Below are positions 18,202 through 25,608 of a DNA stretch of 42,053 bases, piece after piece. Each line of letters opens with the position of its first letter. Position 1 is the first letter of the stretch. Made by a program: the position numbers and the translations under genes. The notes under the pieces are model-generated. The model ran no database searches. It worked only from the letters and a program-made list of their open reading frames with translations, and was not told where the DNA came from. The stretch is from a virus, in IMG/VR virus record IMGVR_UViG_3300010372_000002, positions 1 through 42,053 of that record. One strand, written 5' to 3'.

Positions 18202-18206
18202 CAGCG

Positions 18207-19100
18207 CTATTTAGTGGGGCGGGAGTGAAAACGCAAATCTGTTTCCACCTCTCCCGATGTAAAATACCATCCGTAATCAGGCTTATCTGATGTTGCCACC
18301 TCAAAACCGCCACCGTCCACCAACTCAAGAATTGTGACAAGCTCGCCGGCAAAGTCAAACCCTCCACAGGCTCCACATGCAAGCAAAATGTCGCCAACTT
18401 GCCATTCTTCCGGCGGCACTGATGCTGGCTCAGCTTTCGGCTTATCTTGCGCTTGTAGCTCCACCGCTTCCCGCTTGATCAGCTTAAACCCTTCGCCGGC
18501 AAGTTTCTGAATCAGACTTGCGCGCTCTTCCTCCAGCGCTTCGACGGCCCAGTCGATCTCGGTTACGCGGTCACGCCATTGCAGTGGGCCGTCATTCGGT
18601 GCCGTCACTTCTGGCGATTCGGTGCCTACCGACTCATTAACGCGATACGCCATCACGTCGAAATTACTTCCGGTGTGAAGCCAAGGAAGATTCTCTGAGA
18701 ACTTACCCGTTACCACGTCACCAGAGCGTAGGCGCGCATCAACCAGTGTGCATACGTCGAACGGATTCTTGCGACCGCGATTGCGTACCCACTTCCGAGC
18801 ACTGGCCTTTGGCTTGCTCAGCTTGGCTCGTTCGGCTTCCCACTGGGAGCGCGTGACGATGGCGGTGTCGTGATCTACTGCCAGTTCAAGCTCGGTATCG
18901 TACAGAGGGCAGCCATACGCCATCTCTACCGAGCTATCTACGACATACCACAGCCCGCTACCAAACCCAGTTGGGATTCCTTTTGATGTGGCAAAAACTT
19001 CTCCACTCGCCCACTGGAAATATGCCACAACTTCCTTAGGCCACTCTTTCAGCTCTACCGCCAGAATCTCGACCAGTTTCTTTCCTGATTGCTTTTTCAT
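18207..19100 (-). CDS. Hypothetical protein (297 aa) in the lambda Q position
   Basis: Intact ORF coupled to the upstream gene (4-nt overlap); last gene before the late leader; no recognisable motif. Confidence 0.7.
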   Translation of the reverse strand: MKKQSGKKLVEILAVELKEWPKEVVAYFQWASGEVFATSKGIPTGFGSGLWYVVDSSVEMAYGCPLYDTELELAVDHDTAIVTRSQWEAERAKLSKPKASARKWVRNRGRKNPFDVCTLVDARLRSGDVVTGKFSENLPWLHTGSNFDVMAYRVNESVGTESPEVTAPNDGPLQWRDRVTEIDWAVEALEEERASLIQKLAGEGFKLIKREAVELQAQDKPKAEPASVPPEEWQVGDILLACGACGGFDFAGELVTILELVDGGGFEVATSDKPDYGWYFTSGEVETDLRFHSRPTK

Positions 19101-19366
19101 TTGCTCTCTCCAGATTCATGCGCCAGGCATTCCAGCGCAAATTGAACAGTGTAGGGCGCTACTCGATACAGCTTGTGATCTACGTCGCGCAGATAGTTGC
19201 GGAATCCAGGCCAGGTCATGCGCACCAGCCTAGATGCTTCCCTCCTGCTAATGCCCGCCTTATCCACCAGCGCCCGAAGATACTCAGGCGCTGGATTGTA
19301 GTTCTCCGGGTTAGGCCGCATCGCGCAGAACTTCGATGATGGTTTGACGGTCGGCCATGTTGGCAT
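19097..19366 (-). CDS. Hypothetical protein, possible HTH (GISRREASRLVRMTWPGFRNY)
   Basis: 89-aa ORF. Start uncertain (ATG 19366 or ATG 19321); neither has a clear RBS. Confidence 0.55.
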   Translation of the reverse strand: MPTWPTVKPSSKFCAMRPNPENYNPAPEYLRALVDKAGISRREASRLVRMTWPGFRNYLRDVDHKLYRVAPYTVQFALECLAHESGESK

Positions 19367-19538
19367 TGGCCAGAGCGTCTACAGCCTCCCACAGCGCAAC
19401 CTGTGCAGGATCGTTGATCCTAAGCGCCTCGGTAGCGCGTGCGCTCAGTTCAGCGATAAGGGAGTCGCGTACAGCCATGCGAGCTTCGATAACTTCGATT
19501 TCTTTCTGAATTTCTACGTTCATTTTTGCTATCTCCAT
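19311..19538 (-). CDS. Hypothetical coiled-coil protein (75 aa)
   Basis: ORF with consistent composition downstream of ninG. Confidence 0.55.
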   Translation of the reverse strand: MEIAKMNVEIQKEIEVIEARMAVRDSLIAELSARATEALRINDPAQVALWEAVDALANANMADRQTIIEVLRDAA

Positions 19539-19595
19539 TTGCCTTTGCCGTTCTGGCTGGCTATGGGTCTATCCTATGGGTGACGACGTTACCCG

Positions 19596-20183
19596 TCAAT
19601 GACCGTTCGTCGCCTTCAACTCTCGCGTCTTCGCCCGGTATTCCTTGGCAATCTGCTGCAATTCATCGACGGTATACCGGCGCGGCTCCTGATCAGCCTC
19701 CAGCGCCTCCACAGCCTCCAGTCCTATTCGCTTGATCAGGCCAATGCGATAGTCCACGGCATTCCCTGACAGGTAGCGGTTATCGTGCTTGTCCTGGGCG
19801 TGCGCGTTGCGTTCGTCGAACCTCAGATGCGGCGCGCTGCCTACACTGCGATAGTGACCACAGTCCACCGCATTGCCTGACCAGTCCAGCGGTCGCCCGC
19901 TCGATATGCACGTATGACCGGCTGCACGGTCACGCCAGCGGATGAACTCGTTGAAAGCCTTCTGAGCCTCGCGAAGATAGTCGCCACGGGTTTTCAGTCG
20001 CTGCTTGCGCTCCCTTGTCTGCTTGCGTTCTTCCTTGGCTAGCTGCGCCTCCCTGCGCTCTCTCGCCTGCCTGGCCATCAGTAGGCCGCACGCAGCCGAG
20101 CATACGACTTGCATGCTGTTTTTCGGCTGGAATGACTCACGACAGGCGCGGCACTTCTTGGGCTTTAAGTGCTTACGCTCCAT
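19596..20183 (-). CDS. ninG: NinG/Rap-like recombination endonuclease
   Basis: 195 aa with an N-terminal Cys cluster (CRACRESFQP...VCSAAC), a basic coiled region and CGHY...H motifs, as in lambda NinG. Confidence 0.8.
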   Translation of the reverse strand: MERKHLKPKKCRACRESFQPKNSMQVVCSAACGLLMARQARERREAQLAKEERKQTRERKQRLKTRGDYLREAQKAFNEFIRWRDRAAGHTCISSGRPLDWSGNAVDCGHYRSVGSAPHLRFDERNAHAQDKHDNRYLSGNAVDYRIGLIKRIGLEAVEALEADQEPRRYTVDELQQIAKEYRAKTRELKATNGH

Positions 20184-20511
20184 ACGCCTTCCTTTCAGCC
20201 CGACTATCGGCCTGCTTGGTCTGGTACAGGTTGATCTTCAACTTGGCCACATCAATCAGAACCCTCAGCTTTTCCTCTTGCTCTACTGCCGCTTGGAGGC
20301 CTTCCAGCACTTGGATGTACTCAGGGTGCGAATATGCCCACGCTTCGCGCTCAGCGACGGTTTTGATGCCTTCTCGCTCCGCCAAGGTGAACAGCATCGC
20401 TTTCTTGCTTTTCCTGAATTGCTCCAGGTAAACGCGATCAGCCTTTGCCTGCGCGTATTTCACCGCGTTGTCACGGATGAATGTCAGTGGGCGTTCAATT
20501 TCTTCGCTCAT
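20173..20511 (-). CDS. Hypothetical protein (112 aa)
   Basis: ORF overlapping the ninG start by 11 nt. Confidence 0.6.
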   Translation of the reverse strand: MSEEIERPLTFIRDNAVKYAQAKADRVYLEQFRKSKKAMLFTLAEREGIKTVAEREAWAYSHPEYIQVLEGLQAAVEQEEKLRVLIDVAKLKINLYQTKQADSRAERKAYGA

Positions 20512-20513
20512 AC

Positions 20514-20930
20514 CTACGCACCCGTCGAACTATAAGCCCCATCGCCGCGCATCGTCTCTTCCAGGCTGCCAACCTCGACACATGCACCGTGATAGCAGGG
20601 CACGACTACCAACTGAGCTACGCGCTCGCCTGCGTTGAATTGCCAGGGCGCGTCACCGTGGTTGATCAGCAGGACGCCAAGTTCTCCCCTGAAGTCTGAG
20701 TCGATCACACCAGCGAGGGTGTCAATACCGTTTTTCAGCGCCAGACCCGACCGTGGCTTGATGATGCCCACCATACCCTCCGGAATGGCCAGACTCAGGC
20801 CGGTCTTTATCAGCAGGCGCTGCCCTGGGTAGATCGTCGCGCCTGTTACGGCGCACAGGTCATAACCGGCGCTTCCCGGTGTCGCCTGTTCTGGAATGCG
20901 GGCGGCTTCGTTCAATTTCGTTACATTCAT
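20514..20930 (-). CDS. dut: dUTP diphosphatase
   Basis: Motifs AGYDL, KPRSGLA and GVIDSDFRGE. ATG 20930 (MNVTKLNE...) has a GAGGGG RBS and an ATGA overlap with the upstream small ORF. Confidence 0.85.
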   Translation of the reverse strand: MNVTKLNEAARIPEQATPGSAGYDLCAVTGATIYPGQRLLIKTGLSLAIPEGMVGIIKPRSGLALKNGIDTLAGVIDSDFRGELGVLLINHGDAPWQFNAGERVAQLVVVPCYHGACVEVGSLEETMRGDGAYSSTGA

Positions 20931-21091
20931 TTCTTGCGATCCCCTCTCGATGTGTTGATCAGTGGTTTTTGCCCATCGTCCAATGCCCATTCCTGCTCCC
21001 GCTTGCATCCGCTGCATATGCGACGGTAGAGGCTGCAAAGCGATACCAGAGGCGCACCGCATTCATGGCATGGCTTGCCTAGTAGGCTCAT
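20927..21091 (-). CDS. Small zinc-ribbon protein (54 aa)
   Basis: MSLLGKPCHECGAPLVSLCSLYRRICSGCKRE... with CxxC...CxxC. ATGA overlaps at both ends. Below the ORF-track cutoff. Confidence 0.55.
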   Translation of the reverse strand: MSLLGKPCHECGAPLVSLCSLYRRICSGCKREQEWALDDGQKPLINTSRGDRKK

Positions 21092-21399
21092 TGGCGCGAT
21101 TCCTTGGCCATTGCGGCGTCTACCGCTGAATCCAGGTCAAGATCAAGCTCTCGATTATCCCCTAGTGTCGCGCTATCCAGCGATACCCATACGCTCGCAT
21201 GGCAAACGGCTACCCAGCACCCACCAGCTAAATCATTATGCTGATCACGCACCCACTGATAGCGCTCAGCATCCTTGATCACCGCATCCAGCGCCTCGCC
21301 TATCATGCGAGGGGTTATGCCGAAGTCCTCTAGGGTCTTCTCGCCTACCATGTCGCGGCGCCAGTTGTTGAACGTGCGTAGAATCTCGATATGGGTCAT
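21088..21399 (-). CDS. Hypothetical protein carrying a RYxW(L/V)R...(I/V)DAAM module
   Basis: 103 aa; KDAERYQWVRDQ ... DSAVDAAMAKE; coupled to its neighbours. Confidence 0.65.
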   Translation of the reverse strand: MTHIEILRTFNNWRRDMVGEKTLEDFGITPRMIGEALDAVIKDAERYQWVRDQHNDLAGGCWVAVCHASVWVSLDSATLGDNRELDLDLDSAVDAAMAKESRQ

Positions 21400-22076
21400 T
21401 TGGATTGCCCCTGTAGCATGGCGGCGTCGATGGCCACGTCAACGCCCTGTCCGCCTTCGCTGTAGATAACGCCTGCAATGCGATATGCAGACCCTGGTAG
21501 GCGAACACGCAGCCAGCTGTAGCGCTCTGCATCCTTTGCCATGCGCCGAATCTGCTCAGGGATCGAAACATCACCGCCGTCCGGCAAATCCATATAGGTC
21601 ACGCCAGGGATTGCCGCAGTGACCTCAGCGATAACATCCAGTGCGTTCGAGTACCATTCGGTTAGCGTGCCGACCTGAATGCGCAGCGCCTCAAGCTCAG
21701 CCAATGCGGCAGCGCGCTCGGCTGCAACTTTGCCGATCTCTTCGGCAATTGCGTCGTTCTGCCGATCAAGTCCTTCGCAAGTGGCCTGAAGCCTGTCGCA
21801 CTCATCCAGCAGCGAGAGGACGCCTTCCTTCGCCTTGACCATGAACTTCGCGAAGTCAGCTCCGCACCTCTCGACGTAGGTCGGGCCGTCATAGTCGTAA
21901 TCTTCGCCATCAAGTCGAAATGGTTTCCCGTAAACTGCATACGTCCCATCCGCTCCACCGCCAAGAGATTCACCGCTAGGGCCGTTGAAGAATGGCTCGT
22001 GGTTGCTGTCCCAATCTAGATCAGATGGGAAAGCCTCTGCCAGCCTTCGCAGCTCGGCCTTGTTCAATCCATTCAT
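21396..22076 (-). CDS. Ead/Ea22-like coiled-coil protein carrying the same C-terminal module
   Basis: 226 aa; central coiled coil; KDAERYSWLRVR ... DVAIDAAMLQG. Confidence 0.65.
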   Translation of the reverse strand: MNGLNKAELRRLAEAFPSDLDWDSNHEPFFNGPSGESLGGGADGTYAVYGKPFRLDGEDYDYDGPTYVERCGADFAKFMVKAKEGVLSLLDECDRLQATCEGLDRQNDAIAEEIGKVAAERAAALAELEALRIQVGTLTEWYSNALDVIAEVTAAIPGVTYMDLPDGGDVSIPEQIRRMAKDAERYSWLRVRLPGSAYRIAGVIYSEGGQGVDVAIDAAMLQGQSK

Positions 22077-22507
22077 TGCACCACCTCCACTAGCTCAGCA
22101 GGAACTTGCACAGATTCGCCCAGCTTGGCGGCTACGATGGCGCGGCAGGCGGCTATCAGGATCGTATCCCCGCACTGGTAGTCAGGATGCTGCTCAGCCA
22201 TAACGGCCATTGGCGTTTTATCAGGCGCATTGTGATAAGTGATATGCGGCTTGAATCGCTCAAGAAGCGGCCCGCCGTCCTCCCAAGCAGAAGACGGGTT
22301 CCAGTCGCATTCCGCCCCATATGCACCCGAATACGTCAGGTAAACAGCGCTTGGGAAAGTGAGCGGCTTGATGAACGGTTTCCGATCAATAGTAACGCTT
22401 TCAATCTTACGAATAGTTGGCTGCATTCCGCTGAAGACCGCGCAGAAAGTCGCCCAATCCAGCGCCGCCCCGCTCAAATCCGCCGTCCTCACTTCAATCT
22501 CGCTCAT
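22073..22507 (-). CDS. DUF2591-like protein
   Basis: ATG 22507 (MSEIEVRTADLSGAALDWATF...) has an ATGA overlap with the upstream stop; the LxGxALDWA motif is typical of DUF2591. Confidence 0.6.
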   Translation of the reverse strand: MSEIEVRTADLSGAALDWATFCAVFSGMQPTIRKIESVTIDRKPFIKPLTFPSAVYLTYSGAYGAECDWNPSSAWEDGGPLLERFKPHITYHNAPDKTPMAVMAEQHPDYQCGDTILIAACRAIVAAKLGESVQVPAELVEVVQ

Positions 22508-22806
22508 TTCATTTGCTCCCCGATAGAGGCAGCGGCGCGGACTATGGCGCGGCGGGTTGCCTTCATCTCGCCACACAGCACGTCTTCACCGAAAGCCGGC
22601 CCATATGGGCTATGCCAGCACTTTCCTGGCTCAACAGTAAACCAGAGCTTAACGGCAAGGCGAAGCGCATCGCCGTCATCATCAAGCGGTCGCCACAAGT
22701 TACCATCTCTGATTTGCAGGCCAATAAACGGCTGCGTCATTACTACATAAAGCCCAGCAGCGCGCGCGGCCAGCTCCAGCAATTCACGATCAGTCTTGTC
22801 TGTCAT
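22504..22806 (-). CDS. Hypothetical protein (100 aa)
   Basis: ATG 22806 (MTDKTDRELLELAARAAG...) has a GGAGAG RBS. The ORF-track extension to 22950 crosses a large hairpin. Confidence 0.65.
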   Translation of the reverse strand: MTDKTDRELLELAARAAGLYVVMTQPFIGLQIRDGNLWRPLDDDGDALRLAVKLWFTVEPGKCWHSPYGPAFGEDVLCGEMKATRRAIVRAAASIGEQMK

Positions 22807-22822
22807 TTTGGACTCTCCAAAT

Positions 22823-22895
22823 GCAGAAGGCTTAACGCTAGTCCCCTGGTCGTGCGGGTCAGAGTGACCCCAGGGTAAAACGTTAAGCCTTCTAC
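22823..22895 (-). other. 73-nt rod-like hairpin in a 326-nt intergenic gap
   Basis: A 13-bp perfect stem (AGAAGGCTTAACG / CGTTAAGCCTTCT) extends to 15 bp with one G-U, but only on the minus strand. The inner stems are CCC-TGG..TC / GA..CCA-GGG. Confidence 0.6.
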
Positions 22896-23132
22896 ATACT
22901 CTGATTACGGGCACGACCCCGACACGCAAATCATAGCAAACGCCTAGCATCTTTCGTATTCCGATTTTTCATGGGTAGTGTAAAAGTCATTAAATTAGCG
23001 ACTACTCCACGCCGATTGCGTCCGGCCAGATAGACCGCACGCACTCCAGCGCCTCAGCGTGTGTCAGTGGGGTGGTGGATACCATGGCGAACCGATAGCC
23101 AGGTAGCGTCACCTGCCAGCAGGTTTTTACCA

Positions 23133-24488
23133 CTAGAAGCCCCGACTACGCTTGCGAGGCTCATTGTCCTCGCGCGGCTCAGGCAAATGGCCTGGTGCAA
23201 GGTCACGAAAGCGGTTGTACTGCCCCTCATAAACCGAATATATCGTTTTGCACTCAACGTCACGGGCGATACCTATGATGATCTCTGCTATGCCCTTGTA
23301 TGGCGTATCAGGGTGATAGACTTCATCGCGGTAGACGAACAAAACAATATCGGCGTCCTGCTCGATTGTCCCGGAGTCGCGCAAGTCTGAAGGCATCGGG
23401 CGCTTATCAGGGCGCTGCTCAAGTGCGCGGTTCAACTGGCAAAGCAGGATCACCGGAATATCCAGCTCTTTCGCTAGCAGCTTGGCGTTCATGGTCGCCT
23501 CGCTGGTCTTTTGCAGTACCGTCTGACCCGCCGTCTCAGGCGAAAGCAGGCCCAGGTGGTCAATAACCAAGAAATCCAGACCGCGGCGGCGCTTACGCTT
23601 GCGTGCCCAGGTGCGAACCTTCGTCATCGTCCAGCCAGGTCGATCCAAGATCGTCAGTCCCGCTCCGTTAATCTTGCCAAGTGCCGCCGTCATCTCGGCG
23701 CCGTACTCGCTAGCGGCTTCGCCATTCTTGAGCTTTGCCAGGGGAATGCTGCCTTCTGCTGCCACCATTCGGTCTGTTAGTTCAGCGCGTGACATTTCCA
23801 AGCTGATTACAGCGCCCCGCTTTTTCGCCCTGACAACCATCTGGCGAACCATGGTCATAGCGAAAGTGGTTTTACCCATCTTGGCGCGACCTGCCACGAC
23901 GATTAGCTGACCGCCTTTCAGGCCCATAACCGCGCTATCAAGGTCGGTTAGGCCGGTGGGCAGCCCGTTAAGCATACCCTTCATGTCGTGGCGCTGCTGC
24001 TGAATCTCTACGTAATCGTGCAAGTAGTCGCTAATCTCTACCTCGCCGTCTTCGTCCATAGCGCCATCCACGGATAGAACAACGGCCTGAGCCTGAGCCA
24101 CCTTGTCAGCGGTCGGCATGTCGCTATACGCCAGCTCTCCGACCTTCTTGGCCGCTTCGATCAGTAGGCGGTCTAGGCTTCGCTCCTTGATGATCCGGCA
24201 ATACGTCATCGCGTTGGCCGCGCTTGGTGTGTTTTTGTGGATCTCTGCCAGGTAAGCCAGCGGGCTGTCGCCGTTCTCCAGCACGCCAATTTTATCGGCC
24301 ACCGATACGATATCGATGCCGGTCTTCCCGTCATCCATCCCCACAATGGTCTTGAAGATATCCCCATGGTCTTCAAAGTAAAAATCTGCTGCCGTTATCT
24401 CTGCGCTGATATCGGCGATCAAATCAGGGCGCATCATCATAGCGCCTAGCACGCCGTGTTCTGCCTCAAGGCTGTAGGGGTCACGCAT
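23133..24488 (-). CDS. dnaB: Replicative DNA helicase (DnaB family)
   Basis: 451 aa, N-terminal DnaB domain ([12 protein letters not shown]), Walker A GRAKMGKT, Walker [10 protein letters not shown]. Confidence 0.9.
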   Translation of the reverse strand: MRDPYSLEAEHGVLGAMMMRPDLIADISAEITAADFYFEDHGDIFKTIVGMDDGKTGIDIVSVADKIGVLENGDSPLAYLAEIHKNTPSAANAMTYCRIIKERSLDRLLIEAAKKVGELAYSDMPTADKVAQAQAVVLSVDGAMDEDGEVEISDYLHDYVEIQQQRHDMKGMLNGLPTGLTDLDSAVMGLKGGQLIVVAGRAKMGKTTFAMTMVRQMVVRAKKRGAVISLEMSRAELTDRMVAAEGSIPLAKLKNGEAASEYGAEMTAALGKINGAGLTILDRPGWTMTKVRTWARKRKRRRGLDFLVIDHLGLLSPETAGQTVLQKTSEATMNAKLLAKELDIPVILLCQLNRALEQRPDKRPMPSDLRDSGTIEQDADIVLFVYRDEVYHPDTPYKGIAEIIIGIARDVECKTIYSVYEGQYNRFRDLAPGHLPEPREDNEPRKRSRGF

Positions 24489-25251
24489 TGTCGTCCTCCG
24501 GGTGGTAGTTCCCTTCGATAATCTTTTGGAAGTTCTCAGGCTTCAATAGCCAGTCAAAGCAGCAGCCGTGCCATGGCTTAGCGCCTCTGCCCATCAGGAA
24601 ATCAGACTTGGCCACATAGGCAAAGAACCTGGCGAAGAAATCAGGCTCAGCGTATCGCCCGCCGCGTTTCACAATTGACCGGATAGCCCTCTTGCGTTTC
24701 TCGGTCATGTCGCGCGGTTGCGGTAGTGCGGCCAGGTGATCACTAAACGCCTGTGTAATCGCCCCGTAATCTATCCTCTCCTGATTCGGCTTCGCGTCAT
24801 CAGCTTGCTGATTACAAGAGCTTTTGATCTTTATAGGTGAAGGTGAAGGTGACGGGCATTCATTAAGCATTGCTTGGCGCATGCTTGTAGCATTGCTTTT
24901 AGCATCATTACCCCACCTGGCCTCTGCTGCTTTTTGTGCCCGAATCACGCGCCGTTGCTTGTTTTCAGCGGCTCCAGACAGCTCCCTGTCAATTCGCTCA
25001 TGAACCCAAGTCATGCCGTCATCACTAACATTGAAAAAACGGACTAGCACTGCTTTAGCAATGCTCCAAGCATCGCCTGATAGGCGACATGTGGCAGCCA
25101 GCATAGAGTCATCGGCTGGCAATGGGCCTCCGTTCTTCCAGTAAGCCATGATCAGCAGGATATAAGCCCCATGCTGCTCTGTGGTCAGGTGCATCGTGTC
25201 CGAAAGGTAGTCGCCGATGTAAAGCGGCATCCATACGTCAGCCTTAGCCAT
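24481..25251 (-). CDS. Replication protein, DUF1376 (YdaU-like) N-terminal domain
   Basis: [39 protein letters not shown]; 8-nt overlap with dnaB. Confidence 0.7.
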   Translation of the reverse strand: MAKADVWMPLYIGDYLSDTMHLTTEQHGAYILLIMAYWKNGGPLPADDSMLAATCRLSGDAWSIAKAVLVRFFNVSDDGMTWVHERIDRELSGAAENKQRRVIRAQKAAEARWGNDAKSNATSMRQAMLNECPSPSPSPIKIKSSCNQQADDAKPNQERIDYGAITQAFSDHLAALPQPRDMTEKRKRAIRSIVKRGGRYAEPDFFARFFAYVAKSDFLMGRGAKPWHGCCFDWLLKPENFQKIIEGNYHPEDDNA

Positions 25252-25252
25252 G

Positions 25253-25423
25253 CTAGATACCTAATTCGTCGCAAATGCGCTTGATATCGGCCCTGTACTC
25301 AATATCATTCGTCCAGCCTTTCGACTGATTTAGCTCCGCCTTGCGGCGCTCATATTCGCGCCAGCGCTCAGCCTCTGATAGGTTGCGGTATTTCGGATTG
25401 GTGCCTTGGAATTTCTGAGTCAT
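25253..25423 (-). CDS. Hypothetical protein (56 aa)
   Basis: ATG 25423 with a GGGTGA RBS. The ORF-track TTG start 25435 lies in the terminator U-tract. Confidence 0.5.
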   Translation of the reverse strand: MTQKFQGTNPKYRNLSEAERWREYERRKAELNQSKGWTNDIEYRADIKRICDELGI

Positions 25424-25436
25424 ATATTCACCCAAT

Positions 25437-25590
25437 AAAAAAGCCGCTTAAGTCTGAGAGGGTGGAAATGGAGCTAGACGCGACGATCCCCGACAAGAGA
25501 ACGCCTAGCTCCAACCTCCCAGACTTAAACGGCCTGGTGTCGGGATTGATCGTCATTTACCTCTTGCGCCCACTTTCCACGGTAGGCGCA
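25437..25590 (-). ncRNA. Candidate sRNA or antitermination leader of about 150 nt: promoter-proximal hairpin + about 97-nt rod hairpin + U6
   Basis: Hairpin 1 is CCCTTGCGCC..GGCGCAAGAGG (25561..25595). Hairpin 2 has arms 25515..25533 and 25443..25461 (19 bp, two G-U pairs only in the minus sense) plus GGAGCTAG/CTAGCTCC. It is followed by TTTTTT (25437..25442). Confidence 0.5.
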
Positions 25591-25595
25591 AGGGG

Positions 25596-25604
25596 ATTAT
25601 AGCA
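25596..25604 (-). promoter_or_regulatory. Extended -10 promoter TGcTATAAT
   Basis: Minus strand CATGCTATAATCCCC begins 5 nt after the methyltransferase stop. Confidence 0.5.
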
Positions 25605-25608
25605 TGAG

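Noticed and set aside
20931-21062. N-terminal extensions offered by the ORF track (dUTPase to 21062, Cro-like to 28437, 22504-ORF to 22950, adaptor to 12282, K-like to 3502, terminator-like to 9982, helicase to 28025)
   Set aside because: Each extension runs through an upstream gene, a promoter element or a large hairpin. Internal ATGs with an RBS and/or ATGA coupling give compact, non-overlapping genes.
22106-22750. 214-aa plus-strand ORF (likewise 10934..11518, 20005..20535, 35445..35924 and other long antisense ORFs)
   Set aside because: All overlap coupled genes on the opposite strand and lack their own translation signals. They are treated as GC-driven open frames.
23103-23126. CCTGCCAGCAGG followed by TTTTT on the plus strand as a terminator
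   Set aside because: Only a 4-bp stem is possible once a loop is allowed. There is no plus-strand transcription unit upstream, and the orientation is wrong for the dnaB operon.
25437-25545. The long rod hairpins (25437..25545, 32078..32182, 22823..22895) as copies of one MITE/REP-like mobile element
   Set aside because: The three elements share architecture but no sequence similarity in arms or loops. Each has G-U pairs valid only on the locally transcribed strand, which favours RNA-level function over a DNA repeat family.
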